From Octopus bimaculoides (lineage: Eukaryota), in NCBI RefSeq assembly GCF_001194135.2, contig NC_068983.1:29172857-29236856 (forward strand): a DNA stretch of 64,000 nt. The letters are read 5' to 3'. Below are positions 62,551-64,000 of the stretch, piece after piece. How positions within the stretch are numbered: position 1 is the first letter of the stretch; each line of letters opens with the position of its first letter. The notes beneath the pieces were generated by a model. The model was not told the DNA's origin and did not search any database. It was given only the letters and a program-made list of their open reading frames with translations. A program made the translations under genes and the position numbers.

Positions 62551-64000
62551 AGGTCCTATATATATAAAATGTGTACTTTTTGTCAATTTCCGTTTCCATT
62601 TCCGCTTCACATTTCACTACATTTATTAAAATAACCCCCTTGTTTTTTAAAATAAACCCTTTTTGTTGAAGAACTGTTACTTTAAACATTTCTTTCAATG
62701 AGCCAAAAAAGACACTCTCATCAAAGACCGTTTGTGCATTCATGGCAGCTGCTGCTTATTTCTTTAAGAGAAAAAAAAAAGGAAAAACATTACTAAATAT
62801 ATAACATCTCCATGACATCTTCACCATTTTTCTATAAAATGTAATACTAGGATAACCTTTTATCTTCTATCTGTTTCAGTCATTAGACTGTGGCCACGCT
62901 GGAGCACCATCTTTCGGAATTTTAGTCAAATGAATCAACTGCAGTATTTTTAATTTTGTTGAGCGTGGTACTTGTTCTATTGGTTGCTTTTTCCGAAATG
63001 CTAAATTATGGGGATATAAACACACCAACACTGGTTGTCAAGTGACACGACAGGCTTCTTTCAGTTTCCTTTTACCAAATCCCCCTCACAAACCTTTGGT
63101 TAGACCAAGGCTATAAGTTCAAGGTGCCATGCAGTGCGACTGAACCCAGAATGTGGTTGGAAAGTATTTGTGTTTGTCCCCACCACCGCATGACAACCAG
63201 TGTTGGTGTGGTTGCATCCCCATAACTTAGCAGTTCGACAAAAATGACCAACAGAATAAGTACCAGGCTTAAAAAAGCAAGTACTAGAGTCAATTCATTT
63301 GACTAAAAATTCAAGGCGGTGCCCCAACATGGCTGCAGTCCAATGACTGAAACAAGCAGAGCATAAAAGAATATATATATATGTATGTATATATATCTTC
63401 TATAATAATAAAAGCAAAATTTTGTTTGTCCATCTGGGACCCCTGTACTTCAGTCTACATCTCTACATATACATATTATACCTTTTTGGAATAAGAATGA
63501 TCCTGGAATTGCAAATCTGCCCTTAGTTTGGTTCTTGAATATCCAGCATTGTGATGCAATTTAAAAGCATTTGGGTTGCTATTTCTAGCAGTTAAAACTT
63601 AACTGATTTACACCATCTTGGTTGGCATTTGTCAGATGATGTCAGAGATTAAGGGGGAGATAAATGACATTCACCTCATTTATTTTACTTCAAGATAAGA
63701 ATTTTGGGACAAATTGGCCAACAGTTGGAATTCAACTTGGGACTGGAACAATAGAATGATTGCATTACAGAATTAATTCTCATTCATTCTTAATCTCTGA
63801 TCAAACACCACCAGGGCATATAGTCATTATAGATGTATTACAGTCATGCTATTTAGCTCTATTTAGCTTTGGGTCACAGGTCCAATTAGCCCACTGGAGG
63901 AGCTAGCTTAAAAATCCACACGGAGTGTGGTTTTTAAACTATAATATAATATATATATTTAAACTATATATAATATATATATTTAAACTATATATAATAT

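Noticed and set aside
61699-62743. Long ORFs spanning N gaps (also 5781-6511, 7242-8019, 15813-17141, 50760-51399)
   Set aside because: Their length is an artefact of N codons not being stops, and the flanks are (TA)n or repeat sequence.

Overview
AT-rich, gap-ridden eukaryotic genomic DNA. The repeat families and (TA)n-bounded gaps point to an octopus draft assembly (inference). Two protein-coding genes are supported, and they are convergent. (1) A 7-exon + strand TICRR/Treslin orthologue at 22154-39428. All splice phases join into one 5019-nt ORF (1672 aa), intron 1 has a GC donor, and both TopBP1-binding CDK motifs are present. (2) An unidentified - strand gene with two phase-compatible exons (55168-54801 and 43283-43063). 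It encodes a ~190-aa helical protein built from two copies of a 'Y..SK....RYN.LK..IK.T' module, and its 5' end is unresolved. The remainder is microsatellites, tRNA-derived SINEs, RTE-clade LINE fragments, dead maT/mariner/piggyBac transposase pieces and many MITE/foldback elements with readable TSDs. The most unusual signals are hammerhead-ribozyme motifs of the Penelope-like type. One is a minimal motif at 11364-11409. The other two sit head-to-head in the arms of a ~680-bp inverted repeat at 17263-17939. Also notable are three GG...CC elements with 8-bp TSDs (Merlin-like) and three telomere-repeat-bearing elements in or next to TICRR. No CRISPR, rRNA or true tRNA gene is supported. No database search or folding computation was run; homology calls are from recalled family motifs.
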